In this document: in pieces, positions 38,843 through 48,285 of the stretch
Layout: every line of letters starts with the position of its first letter
How positions within the stretch are numbered: the first letter of the stretch is position 1
Assembly (NCBI GenBank): GCA_964615415.1
Contig: CAZTNI010000002.1
Location: 4,873-68,872, forward strand
Origin: an uncultured Candidatus Saccharibacteria bacterium
GTDB taxonomy: Bacteria > Patescibacteriota > Minisyncoccia > Phycocordibacterales > SBAW01
Direction: 5' to 3'
Length of the DNA: 64,000 nt
The notes under the pieces: generated by a model
The model's database searches: none
Told to the model about the DNA's origin: nothing
What the model saw: the letters and a program-made list of their open reading frames with translations, nothing else
Program-made: the position numbers and the translations under genes

Positions 38843-39118
38843 ATGGATCCGCGCTCGTTTACACAGAGTCTCTCGGACAATGTTATCCAGCCCTTCATAC
38901 TCTTGTTCTTCGCGCTCGGGTTCCTGATCTTCGTCTACGGTATTGTGGAGTACGTGTGGGGTCTTTCGACCGACACGCTTGCTAAGGAAAACGGCAAGAA
39001 GCACATGCTCTGGGGAGTCATCGGTATGTTTATCATGGCGGGTGCGTATGGGATCTTTAACCTCATGGTGGATCTGATAGGCGCTCCAGTCGGTGTCGAC
39101 ACTATCTGGCGAGACTAA
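38843..39118 (+). CDS. Pilin-like two-TM protein
   Basis: FVYGIVEY...GKKHMLWGVIGMFIM. Confidence 0.75.
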   Translation: MDPRSFTQSLSDNVIQPFILLFFALGFLIFVYGIVEYVWGLSTDTLAKENGKKHMLWGVIGMFIMAGAYGIFNLMVDLIGAPVGVDTIWRD

Positions 39119-39133
39119 AAAACAGACAAAAGA

Positions 39134-39166
39134 AAAACGGCGGGCCCTGAAAAGGGTCCGCCGTTT
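39134..39166. terminator. Bidirectional terminator
   Basis: AAACGGCGGGCCCT-GAAA-AGGGTCCGCCGTTT. Confidence 0.8.
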
Positions 39167-39181
39167 GCGTTGTAGAAGGTA

Positions 39182-40063
39182 CTAGAAACAGACGTAGAGG
39201 CTGGTGCGTGGTGAGTGCGGAATGCAGAGCGTGTGCGAGATGGTCGCCTCTGCGGTAACTGCCTGCACCGAGTAGATGCTGTACGCAGTTACCACCACGT
39301 CGCCGCGCACACAGGCGCGGTCTATCACCACTTCGCCCGCGCGGTTGAGGAAGGCAACACAGCCCGACTCGACCACCCAGCGTAGCTCGCAGCCGTTTGC
39401 ACTGATTACTCGCGGTTCTTCTCCTGCCCGAAGGGGGAGAAGTTCCGACGTGCCAGGGCACGCGGCTGCTGCTGCACTTTCAGAAAATGGCCACCACATT
39501 GTCTCTACGATCTGGGCGCGTGCCGAGGAGACGAGCCCCAAGGTCACAACGACCGCAAAGAAGGTGAGTGCAAGATGGTTAGGCTTCATCGCGCCGGGGC
39601 TTATCATCGAAATGATGATGAGGACGACGAGGTAGGCGATCGACCCCACGAGAATACCCACCAAGATAAGAAGAGCGATGTCTGTCACGAAGGACAAGAC
39701 CGGCTCTGGGATCACCCTGGTAACATTCTCGTACACTTCCGGCGGCACAATCGTCACGAGGGCGGTCAGGCCGATGGTAAGGAAGAGAACCGGAGCCCAT
39801 GCCCACCAGTACCGCCAGATGCTGCTTCGTCCGGACGATGTGTCCGACGAAGAGGTTTCAGAGGCGTGTTCCTCGTGCCCATGATCCTCCGCGTGTTCGT
39901 CGTGGTGGTCGTCTGCATGATGGTCGGTGTGAGGTGCCGGAGCAGTCATGGTCTCCTTGATCCTTTTGGTGCGACGATGGTCGCGATACAAGCCAAGGGC
40001 GACGATACTGAAGAGCAGTAACGCCCCCACTAGAGCAAGTGTTGCTATCTGTCCTACTGTCAT
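39182..40063 (-). CDS. Membrane protein with His-rich cytoplasmic loop and Cys-containing C-terminal domain
   Basis: Four TM segments; HTDHHADDHHDEHAEDHGHEEH; ATGA-coupled to the upstream gene. Confidence 0.75.
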   Translation of the reverse strand: MTVGQIATLALVGALLLFSIVALGLYRDHRRTKRIKETMTAPAPHTDHHADDHHDEHAEDHGHEEHASETSSSDTSSGRSSIWRYWWAWAPVLFLTIGLTALVTIVPPEVYENVTRVIPEPVLSFVTDIALLILVGILVGSIAYLVVLIIISMISPGAMKPNHLALTFFAVVVTLGLVSSARAQIVETMWWPFSESAAAAACPGTSELLPLRAGEEPRVISANGCELRWVVESGCVAFLNRAGEVVIDRACVRGDVVVTAYSIYSVQAVTAEATISHTLCIPHSPRTSLYVCF

Positions 40064-41370
40064 GGAGTGTCAGGTCCTTGTGGCGGAGTAGTGCCGCTGG
40101 TACGGTTTCTCCGGTCAGGGTTGCGCAGAGCGTCGAGAATAGCCACCTGTACTGGATCAACGGACGGGCCGCTGGTGCCAGGGAGGATAACCATTCCGCC
40201 TGCTTCGCCGGCAGCTTTCGCTGCACGGACCATTCCTTCGATGTGCGGAATCGCTTCCGCACCTGGGTGAGTCTTGAGAGCCTCGCCCTGTTCGCGAATG
40301 TCGGCTGCCTTGCCTTTTGCGCGCTCTTCCATCGCCTGACGGTCGATGCGAGCAATGGCGAGGTCGCCGAGAGCATCATATCGACTCTTGTCAGACGGGC
40401 TGATGTCGAGTACTTGGACAGAGGGAAGTGCGATGCCGAACTCAACGGCAGCGCCCTGCATGATGACGCCTCTTATAATGCGACCATTCTCGTTGAGAAT
40501 AGTTTCTTCGAGCTCGCGCACTAGCGCAGGACTTTCCGCCGACAACACAGCTTCAAGAGGCCGGGGCCTCGTATAATGCGTTACCGAGTCAGAGATCGTT
40601 GCGATAAGACGTGTACCCCAGTCGTCGTCCGAATTGTACGCAGTGAGGTGCGGATTGAATACCCGCGCTATTGCGTTGACAAGGATTTCGACCGGGATCT
40701 TGTCCTTCGTGTCGGCAGCCGGTACCCGCAAGGGGAACTGGAAGTCGCCGACGCGATAGTGGTCGCTCCAGTCAAGGAGTCGACGAAGTTCGATCTCGCC
40801 ACCGCTTTGCGTGATCTTCTTGAAGTGCTCAAGAGGATAGGTGCGGACTTTCTGGAACGGGTAGATGCCGGTAAAGACAGCACCCGTCAACCAGTACACC
40901 CACTCCTTCCACAACCAGAAGAGAATGCTGAGCGGCGAGTAGAAGATCCAGAGTATTGTCCATATCCCGTACAATCGCTTGGTGGGAAATGGAATAGGAT
41001 CTGAGCCGCCTGAGTAGATAGAAGGGACTACCTCCCAGTAGTGAACGTCTCGGATGGTGTAGCCGCTTGCAGGATCTTCGCCGAGGAACATCTTGTCGTG
41101 CGATTTCATAATCGCGTACTTAAAGAGGTCGCCTCGCTCGATTATCTTCACCTTCTCGGGTTCGATGTAGGTGAAGTAGCCAAAGTCCGACTTCTCGTGG
41201 TCTGGTGCTGTGCCGAGGTCGTCGTGCACGGTGTCCGTAGTGCCGCGGTATTTATTTGGCCTGTTGGTGAGTCTGTCGATAAGACCCGGCCACAATGGCA
41301 GCAGAAAGAGAAACAAAACTACGCTACCAAGAATGCCCAGTGCGTAGCCAAGAACCGGATCTACGATCAT
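40060..41370 (-). CDS. SPFH/Band-7 domain membrane protein (divergent)
   Basis: TKDKIPVEI, FGIALPSVQVLDISP, then an Ala/Glu-rich coiled coil. Confidence 0.65.
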   Translation of the reverse strand: MIVDPVLGYALGILGSVVLFLFLLPLWPGLIDRLTNRPNKYRGTTDTVHDDLGTAPDHEKSDFGYFTYIEPEKVKIIERGDLFKYAIMKSHDKMFLGEDPASGYTIRDVHYWEVVPSIYSGGSDPIPFPTKRLYGIWTILWIFYSPLSILFWLWKEWVYWLTGAVFTGIYPFQKVRTYPLEHFKKITQSGGEIELRRLLDWSDHYRVGDFQFPLRVPAADTKDKIPVEILVNAIARVFNPHLTAYNSDDDWGTRLIATISDSVTHYTRPRPLEAVLSAESPALVRELEETILNENGRIIRGVIMQGAAVEFGIALPSVQVLDISPSDKSRYDALGDLAIARIDRQAMEERAKGKAADIREQGEALKTHPGAEAIPHIEGMVRAAKAAGEAGGMVILPGTSGPSVDPVQVAILDALRNPDRRNRTSGTTPPQGPDTP

Positions 41371-41485
41371 GTTTTTTCCTTTCGAAGAGCTAGGGTTGTG
41401 CGGATATGCACCGCTCTGCGGCGCATTTTATCATATTTCGAGCAAAAAGTCAAGCTACAATAGCCTTATGTTGCAACGTATTTTG

Positions 41486-41567
41486 TGGGCGAGGGGAGAC
41501 TCGAACTCCCAATCCGTGAGGAACGTGGTCCTAAGCCACGCGCGTATACCAATTCCGCCACTCGCCC
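41486..41567 (-). tRNA. tRNA-Leu(TAG)
   Basis: CGTGG-CT-TAG-GA-CCACG anticodon arm; variable arm. Confidence 0.95.
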
Positions 41568-41653
41568 GTATAGTTCGATTGTAGTCTAAGAAAGATCATT
41601 TGTCGCCGGAGGGTATAGAAATTTTCTCATTTTTGTTGTAATTTATAGAAATC

Positions 41654-41726
41654 GCGCCCATAGCTCAGTTGGTAGAGCTGCTCCCTCTTAAGGAGAAGGT
41701 CGTAGGTTCGAATCCTACTGGGCGCA
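41654..41726 (+). tRNA. tRNA-Lys(CTT)
   Basis: CTCC-CT-CTT-AA-GGAG anticodon arm; GGTTCGAATCC. Confidence 0.95.
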
Positions 41727-41735
41727 CAAATTGTG

Positions 41736-42599
41736 CTAAAAAAGTTTTCCGGGCATGAATCGCCACAGGAGTGGCGGGAGTTCCACAAGGTGTGTACAGA
41801 ATTGTTTTTTAAATTGCGAAAATCCTTTCCAGTGTTTGTCTTTGCCAGGGCCCCAAAATAATCCTAAATGTACAAAGCGCACACCCCGAGTAGCTGCCTC
41901 TCGGTGCCAGTAGTCCATGAGTCCGATCATGAGCGGGTCTTTACTTACTTCGTCTTGTATAAAGCCTGCTATGTAGTAGGTGCTTTTGGTGCTAGGCGAC
42001 CATAGGGTGGAGATCCCTGCCACTACTCTTCCTTTTGCGTCGCGGACACCGTATAGCTCGGTGTACGGTGTGTTTTGTATACAGTTACGTTCTGTGTAGG
42101 CAAGTTGCTGGTCGCCAATGTTTCTATACACAAAACTTTTTTTGTATGCAGCACTAAATTCTTCCATCGTAATAGGAGTGATTGTGTATGTGTTGTTCGC
42201 AACAAGAGTGAGCCATTTTTTGCAATAGCGTTTTGCAGTCGGTGCCCACGCGTCGTGGTAATCAGAGTTAAGGCTAAGGTCCGCGAAGCCGATTATTTCC
42301 GCAGGGCGTTTTGAAAATTGGTGCCATCCTTTTGGAATATCGCGGCGCCGCACGCGCGACCATGCAATAAAGCGAGGCGGCGGTGTACCAATGCGTGCTG
42401 CACTCGCAAGGTCTGGCTCCGTGTCGCTTATATATTTTTCAAAAAAAAGAGGCCAAATACCCCAGCGCAATCCTTTAGGGTGGGTGAGCAGTTCAAGAGA
42501 TTTTTGTGAGGAGGGAGGAGCGGTGGTGAGGTGATACTCAGGCCACTCTTCTTTAAGAGAGCATTCTTGGGGAATCGTCGTTTTAAAATGATCCTCCAT
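41736..42599 (-). CDS. GNAT-fold protein, FemABX-like
   Basis: YYIAG, GVRFVHLG and GFSQFKKQF resemble the Fem-type C-terminal motif. Confidence 0.6.
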   Translation of the reverse strand: MEDHFKTTIPQECSLKEEWPEYHLTTAPPSSQKSLELLTHPKGLRWGIWPLFFEKYISDTEPDLASAARIGTPPPRFIAWSRVRRRDIPKGWHQFSKRPAEIIGFADLSLNSDYHDAWAPTAKRYCKKWLTLVANNTYTITPITMEEFSAAYKKSFVYRNIGDQQLAYTERNCIQNTPYTELYGVRDAKGRVVAGISTLWSPSTKSTYYIAGFIQDEVSKDPLMIGLMDYWHREAATRGVRFVHLGLFWGPGKDKHWKGFSQFKKQFCTHLVELPPLLWRFMPGKLF

Positions 42600-42609
42600 A
42601 TGTACTACT

Positions 42610-42700
42610 TGGTGCCGGGAGTGGGAATCGAACCCACACGAGCGTTTAACGGCTCCCAGGATTTTAAGTCCTGTATGTCTACCAATTCCATCATCCCGGC
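42610..42700 (-). tRNA. tRNA-Leu(TAA)
   Basis: CAGGA-CT-TAA-AA-TCCTG anticodon arm; CCA encoded. Confidence 0.95.
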
Positions 42701-42728
42701 AATACACGCCATGATAGATGCGTATGCG

Positions 42729-43643
42729 TTAGTACGCAATACCAGCAATAGTGTCTCCTTTGCGCAGTGACATAGTTTCCTTGCGCCACAAGACGGTACC
42801 GCTTCGAGGCGCCTGCACACTTTCTGTAAGGGTGTCCGTGTAATTTCTATAGACGCCAAGTTCTTCTCCTTCTGTAATGGTGCTGCCTTGGTGTGTCGGG
42901 GTAAACAGGCCGTTTTGTGGTGCGTGCACTTTTTCGACATGGGTAAAAATCGTAGAGGGTGCTGTAGCGCGATAAGTAGCGGGAGGGATCATCCCATACT
43001 GTTGCATGACCGATTCTGTCCATGCTACTTGTTGTGCGACCATGTGTGCCTCGCGGGTGCCGCGGCCTCCTGCTTCGGTTAGAACGTGTGCGCAGTTGTG
43101 GTTTGCAAGGATTACTGCCTGCTCGCTTCCTCTCGCTGTTTCCTGTACCACAAAAGCAGCGGGATTGGTTGCGAGCCACGCTGCAGTACGAGCATCGACT
43201 GTTTCTATTCCTGTGGTGTATACCCACACAAAAGGAGTAGGTATGGTTTCAGTGAGTGCGCCTGCGTGCAGGTCGACCCAGCAGTCGGCGTGGAACGCAT
43301 ACGTTTCGGTAAGCCAGTGCATGAGTTGGTCGGTTGCTGTGCCGTGTGCCTTGCCGGGGAATACAAACTTAGGGTACTTGTTGTCGACAGGATTCTTACT
43401 GGTTTCCGCCTTAAATCCTTCAATGTTTACAATCGGGATTAAAATAAGTCTTCCTGCAAAATCTCGAGTCTTGTATTTTTTGTGTAGCGCGTACACAGCT
43501 TCAATTCCTGTATACTCGTCTCCATCCATGCCAGCGGTAACAAGAAGAGTTTTGCCTGGGCGTGTACCGGTATGTTCGAACACCGGGATATTTTTAGTGA
43601 TGGGTTGCAAAGAAGACGATGTCTTAAAAAAACGCCGCAACAT
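42729..43643 (-). CDS. Succinylglutamate desuccinylase/aspartoacylase family (M14-like)
   Basis: TAGMDGDEY, IPIVN, FPG, VDLHAG, EAGG; C-terminal barrel. Confidence 0.8.
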   Translation of the reverse strand: MLRRFFKTSSSLQPITKNIPVFEHTGTRPGKTLLVTAGMDGDEYTGIEAVYALHKKYKTRDFAGRLILIPIVNIEGFKAETSKNPVDNKYPKFVFPGKAHGTATDQLMHWLTETYAFHADCWVDLHAGALTETIPTPFVWVYTTGIETVDARTAAWLATNPAAFVVQETARGSEQAVILANHNCAHVLTEAGGRGTREAHMVAQQVAWTESVMQQYGMIPPATYRATAPSTIFTHVEKVHAPQNGLFTPTHQGSTITEGEELGVYRNYTDTLTESVQAPRSGTVLWRKETMSLRKGDTIAGIAY

Positions 43644-43686
43644 GTGCTGAGCATAGCATGCGACCCGTGCATGATAAAATGCTGCA

Positions 43687-45201
43687 ATGGACGAAACGCT
43701 GCGCGACCTTCAAGACGACCTGACGGAACTGTATGAACTCGTGATAGGGGCGCATACTAAACTAGTTGCGTATGAGCACAGGCTCGACTCTTCGCGCGCT
43801 GTGTTCTATTCTCCAACCTTTTCCTATCTCAAAACAACAAGTGCTGCGTTAAAGGAACAATGTGCTTCCGTGCGGGATGATATACAAAAGTTACTCAATA
43901 CTGTTGAGCAGTGGACTACAGAGGATGTTCCTCGACTGTGCGAAGCAAAAAAACAGTACGCAGACCTTGTGCGCGTGTTCTATAGCACGCTTGGGTCGGT
44001 ATTATCTGCCGACTTGTGGCAGTCGCCGTCGTTTGTACACTCCGCTATGTCCCAAGCTGGTCGAGAAACAGGAAGCATTGGCGCTTCAGAAAATGATTAC
44101 AAACGAGACTTACATGCCGAGGAAAAGAAATACAGTAATTTGTTCGTGCAAGAATACATTGACCACAGTATGCGATTTTCTCCCGTTGCGTATGCAACGA
44201 ATAGCGGCATGGCCGCTGTTACTACAGTGCTTACTCATCTGGTAAAAACTGTAGAGCCTCAGGACGTGGTGCTTGCGGGGAAGTCTAGTTACTTTCAAAA
44301 CAAATGGGCGCTCGAACATATATTCCCTGGAAAGGTAGTGTATGTTGATGAGTTTGATACAGAGCAGATTATCGAACTTGCGCGGACGCGTCGCCCGGCG
44401 CTGGTATTTCTCGACTCGTTGTGTGGTGCCGAAGCACTACCTGTGCCAAATCTGTCGGTGTTGCTGCGGTCATTGGTCGAGGTGTTGCCGAGTCGTGCAA
44501 CGATAGTGCTAGATAATACTGGGCTAGGAGTGCTGTATCAGCCACTTAACGATGTGCCACTTCGCGCAAATGGGCCACGGCTACTGGTGGTTGAAAGTTT
44601 GATTAAATATCATCAGTTCGGGTTTGATCGTGTAAATGCAGGAATTGTATGGGCGCCAAAATTTGCTGAACGAGGGCTTTTCCAAGCACGGATGCACCTC
44701 GGCACTATTATTCCTGAGGCGTCTGTGCTCTCACTGCCTACTCCTAATCGCGTCCTACTTGAAAAACGTATGCGTCGGGTAGGAAGAAACGCTTTCTATC
44801 TTGCACAAACTCTTGATGCTCGTCTGGTGGACAAGCAAAGCAGTATTTCCCATGTTGTATATCCAGGGTTGCCGTCGTATTCGGGATACGCGTGGACCAA
44901 AGACCTCCCATTTCAGGGTGGATTTATCGTCTTGTCGTTTAAAGAAAAATATAAAAACGTAAAACGGTACGATGCGTTTATTCAGTCCGTGCTTATGCAT
45001 GCAAAAAAAGCAGGAGTAGACCTAATTGGCGGAACGAGTTTCGGGTTTAATACGACTCGCGTGTATGTGACCGCACGCTACGCAACAGACATAACAGAGC
45101 CCTTTGTGCGTATTTCCGCAGGCACAGAGACGCGACAAGAAATTGAAGCAGTTGCCCAAGTACTTGTGCGCGCTATTGATGATGTATCTTCTGCCTCATA
45201 A
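43687..45201 (+). CDS. PLP-dependent transferase, Cys/Met metabolism family, with N-terminal extension
   Basis: SGMAAV, LDNT, ESLIKY (PLP lysine), VVYPGL, TSFG, VRISAGTE. Confidence 0.8.
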   Translation: MDETLRDLQDDLTELYELVIGAHTKLVAYEHRLDSSRAVFYSPTFSYLKTTSAALKEQCASVRDDIQKLLNTVEQWTTEDVPRLCEAKKQYADLVRVFYSTLGSVLSADLWQSPSFVHSAMSQAGRETGSIGASENDYKRDLHAEEKKYSNLFVQEYIDHSMRFSPVAYATNSGMAAVTTVLTHLVKTVEPQDVVLAGKSSYFQNKWALEHIFPGKVVYVDEFDTEQIIELARTRRPALVFLDSLCGAEALPVPNLSVLLRSLVEVLPSRATIVLDNTGLGVLYQPLNDVPLRANGPRLLVVESLIKYHQFGFDRVNAGIVWAPKFAERGLFQARMHLGTIIPEASVLSLPTPNRVLLEKRMRRVGRNAFYLAQTLDARLVDKQSSISHVVYPGLPSYSGYAWTKDLPFQGGFIVLSFKEKYKNVKRYDAFIQSVLMHAKKAGVDLIGGTSFGFNTTRVYVTARYATDITEPFVRISAGTETRQEIEAVAQVLVRAIDDVSSAS

Positions 45202-45781
45202 ATACGTTGTGCAGTCAGAAAAGAACGGCCCTATAACCGTGCAACAGTTTCTTAATCGTGTAACAGTCTACGCAGGAGGTTTCGAACAGACGGGTCCGTA
45301 TGTAACCGGGTTGTGGCGTACTGCGCTACGCAAAGTTGCGGGAGCGCCTGTAAAGCGAGTATTGCTTTTGGGGTTAGGTGGAGGTCGCCATGTAAGAGAA
45401 GTAGAAAAAGCGTTTCCGAATGCAGCGATTACGGCAATAGAGTGGGATCCTGCTATGGTTGCTATAGCAAAAAAAGTTGCAGGGTGGCACACAGAACCAA
45501 CGATAGTAGTAGGAGACGTTTATGATGTGGTTCCGACGTTGCCGTCTCATGCATACGACCTGATATGTATAGATGCATTTTTTGGTGATACTCCCGAACC
45601 TCGGATTGCGGAAGGAAACACACTCCAGGCACTACAAAAAATTCTTGCTCCGAACGGCACTATTTTGATTAATATTTCTCGGCATCTGGAGTTTATTTCA
45701 GCTTTTGAACAAGTGTTTTCAGTAGAAGAGGTGTGGAAATTTAAACAAAATACCTGCGTACGAGCGAGCGCTAAACACTAG
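45179..45781 (+). CDS. Spermidine-synthase-like SAM-dependent methyltransferase
   Basis: VLLLGLGGG, IEWDP, YDLICIDAF, LAPNG. Confidence 0.8.
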   Translation: MMYLLPHKYVVQSEKNGPITVQQFLNRVTVYAGGFEQTGPYVTGLWRTALRKVAGAPVKRVLLLGLGGGRHVREVEKAFPNAAITAIEWDPAMVAIAKKVAGWHTEPTIVVGDVYDVVPTLPSHAYDLICIDAFFGDTPEPRIAEGNTLQALQKILAPNGTILINISRHLEFISAFEQVFSVEEVWKFKQNTCVRASAKH

Positions 45782-45826
45782 TTTTAAAGAAAAAAGCCCA
45801 GGTAAGGGCTTTTGTTTAACTAAGTG

Positions 45827-46216
45827 CTAGTTGATTCTCTGAAGAAGTTCAGTCAGGTCGGTGACTTTGTCTTCGTTGATCTCTTTACGATGTTGATCGG
45901 TCACGTGCTCGTAGAGCTCGCCGAAAGGATGATGTCTGAATGAGCCTATGACCGAGTCGGTCACAGTTTCATGATAAAGCACATTTCCGTTTTCGTCTTG
46001 GAATGAGAACGCAAGATAGACCCCTTCAATCCAATTCTTTAGCTCTATGGAGACAGACAGAATTTTTCCATCACCCATTTCAAAACGATAGAGATTTTTT
46101 ATGCTTGTATCTCTTGTGAACGACTTAGAAAGAAGTCGTCGCACAATTTCGGTCTGTAGTTTCTCCTTGGGGGAGAGGTAGCGCTTCGCGAGTGCGTTGT
46201 CAATTGCTTCCAACAT
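45827..46216 (-). CDS. Hypothetical protein
   Basis: SD GGAGGT plus ATG; terminator at about 45792-45813. Confidence 0.65.
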   Translation of the reverse strand: MLEAIDNALAKRYLSPKEKLQTEIVRRLLSKSFTRDTSIKNLYRFEMGDGKILSVSIELKNWIEGVYLAFSFQDENGNVLYHETVTDSVIGSFRHHPFGELYEHVTDQHRKEINEDKVTDLTELLQRIN

Positions 46217-46280
46217 TGAGACCTCCACAGAAGAACAATCAAAAAAACTATAACACAAATCTACAGAATATCAAAACTAG

Positions 46281-46352
46281 AGGCCACGGCGGGAATCGAA
46301 CCCGCGCATGAGGGTTTTGCAGACCCTTGTCTTACCACTTGACTACGTGGCC
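46281..46352 (-). tRNA. tRNA-Cys(GCA)
   Basis: AGGGT-CT-GCA-AA-ACCCT anticodon arm; U discriminator. Confidence 0.95.
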
Positions 46353-46389
46353 TTTTACGAACCCTTTTACTCTAGCGCACTCGGCGGAC

Positions 46390-46704
46390 TTACGAAAGTT
46401 CGTCGAGGCGCTGGCGGCTTTTCTCGCCTTTGTCGATCTGGAACTCGATGTGCGGCATAAAGACGCCCTTGATGCGTTTTTGGAAGAACTCTGAAAACTC
46501 GCCGCGGTTCCGGTTGGCGAAGGCGAGTGCGGCTTCCTCTGCACTTTCTGGAAGGACCGTAATGTAAATGATGCCGCGTTTGTTGTCGTCTGAAAGTCGC
46601 GCAGCAGTAACGGTGACGAGAGAGTTGCGATTCGCTTCGCGAACAAGGAATTCTGCAGCGACTTCTCTGAGTGCGTCAGTAATTTTGTCGTGGCGGTTAT
46701 TCAT
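46390..46704 (-). CDS. rbfA: Ribosome-binding factor A
   Basis: LVTVT...LSDD, PHIEFQID; downstream of infB. Confidence 0.88.
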   Translation of the reverse strand: MNNRHDKITDALREVAAEFLVREANRNSLVTVTAARLSDDNKRGIIYITVLPESAEEAALAFANRNRGEFSEFFQKRIKGVFMPHIEFQIDKGEKSRQRLDELS

Positions 46705-46710
46705 AGAGTG

Positions 46711-48225
46711 CTACACGATAACAGTTTTAAATGACTCGATTCGGTCGCCGGCTGCAACATCAGCATTTGTTTTTACCATTGCGCCAAACTCTGATCCACT
46801 TTCAACTTTTTTCGCTGCAGTTTTTTGCGACTGGAGGCTCACAATCTCGCCCACGCCAAGTTCGAGGTCGCGGCGCATGATCTTTACTTCCGCGCCTTGG
46901 ATAAGCTCGCCCTCTTCGACACGACCGCCGAGTACGGTGCGTCCTTTGGTAGTACTAAAGATTTTTAGAATTTTTGCTGCGCCGGTTTTTTCCTGGCTTT
47001 GGTGGCGAGGGCGGCGCTTTTCGAGCTCTGCTCCTAGCCACTCAGTGAGTTTGTAAATAATGTTGAAGACAGGAATTTCTACACCAAGACGCTCGGCAAG
47101 GTCGCGCGCAGGGCTGTCTACTTTTACGTTAAAGCCTACAACGATGCCCGGGGTTTTGCCGCTCCCGACCAAGCGTACGTCGCCTTCTGAAATAGGACCG
47201 ACTCCTTGCGAAAGGACGCGCACTTCAAGCTTTTCAAACTTCGGCAGTTTTTCCATCTCGTGTACGACCGCATCGCCTGTCCCGGCAACGTCGGTTTTGA
47301 TAACCAGGGGAAGGACCATGCGCTCGCTTTCTTCGCTATCAAGAGATTGGGCCGCGCGTGTGGTGGTGCGCTTTTGGAGTTCTGCTGCAGTATCTTCTTC
47401 CGCTTCGCGTTTAGACTCTACCGCGTGCCACTTGCTGCCCACCGCAGGTAGGGTGCTGAACCCGATGATGCGAACCGGGCTTCCTGGTTTTGCTTCTTTA
47501 ATCGGTTTGCCTAAAAAGTTTTCCATGATGCGTACCGGAGCGAAGCTGCTGCCGGACACTACGTACTCGCCGCTCATAAGCGTGCCGTTTTGCACGATAA
47601 GTGTTGCAGAGAGGCCGCGCTTACCATCCACATTTGCTTCGATAACAAGGCCTTCGCCCGGAGCGTCGTGGTTTGCACTCAGTCCTTCCATTTCTGCAGC
47701 AAGGAGAATAAGGTCAAGGAGTTCTGGAATACCTGCGCCTGTTTTGCCCGAGACCGCAACGCACGGTACGGTGCCGCCCATGCCTTCTATAAATATGCTG
47801 TGTTCAAGGAGTGATGCTTTTGCGCGTTCGATATTAACGCCAGGTTTATCAATTTTAGTGAGTGCGACAATGTAGGGGATGCCAACCTCTTCGATCAGCT
47901 TCAGTGCCTCCATGGTTTGCGGCTTTACACCCTCTTCGCCAGAGACAACCAAAATAGCCACGTCTGCAACTTCCAGTCCGCGGGCGCGCATAGCCTTAAA
48001 TGCTTCGTGACCTGGCGTGTCGAGGAAAGTGATGCGGTGTTTGCCCGACGCGTTTTCGTGCTCGGCTTCATATGCCGAGAGGTGTTGTGTAATACCGCCG
48101 GCTTCTGTGTCGACGACGTTGGTGCGGCGGATATAGTCAAGAAGCGTCGACTTTCCGTGGTCGATGTGTCCCACAATAGCAACGATCGGGGGGCGGACCC
48201 CCGCTTCTAGCGCCTTATCTGCCAT
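46711..48225 (-). CDS. infB: Translation initiation factor IF-2 (no N-terminal domain)
   Basis: RPPIVAIVGHIDHGKST, AGGITQH, DTPGHEAF, IIY. Confidence 0.96.
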   Translation of the reverse strand: MADKALEAGVRPPIVAIVGHIDHGKSTLLDYIRRTNVVDTEAGGITQHLSAYEAEHENASGKHRITFLDTPGHEAFKAMRARGLEVADVAILVVSGEEGVKPQTMEALKLIEEVGIPYIVALTKIDKPGVNIERAKASLLEHSIFIEGMGGTVPCVAVSGKTGAGIPELLDLILLAAEMEGLSANHDAPGEGLVIEANVDGKRGLSATLIVQNGTLMSGEYVVSGSSFAPVRIMENFLGKPIKEAKPGSPVRIIGFSTLPAVGSKWHAVESKREAEEDTAAELQKRTTTRAAQSLDSEESERMVLPLVIKTDVAGTGDAVVHEMEKLPKFEKLEVRVLSQGVGPISEGDVRLVGSGKTPGIVVGFNVKVDSPARDLAERLGVEIPVFNIIYKLTEWLGAELEKRRPRHQSQEKTGAAKILKIFSTTKGRTVLGGRVEEGELIQGAEVKIMRRDLELGVGEIVSLQSQKTAAKKVESGSEFGAMVKTNADVAAGDRIESFKTVIV

Positions 48226-48285
48226 ACTTGACGACCAGTATATATTCAATTGTTCATAATTGCGAGCTGTGGTTAGATTGACTGT

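Noticed and set aside
46711-48225. Short IF2, and likewise short Rel and ValRS, as pseudogenes
   Set aside because: Catalytic cores are intact; loss of terminal domains is usual in reduced CPR genomes.
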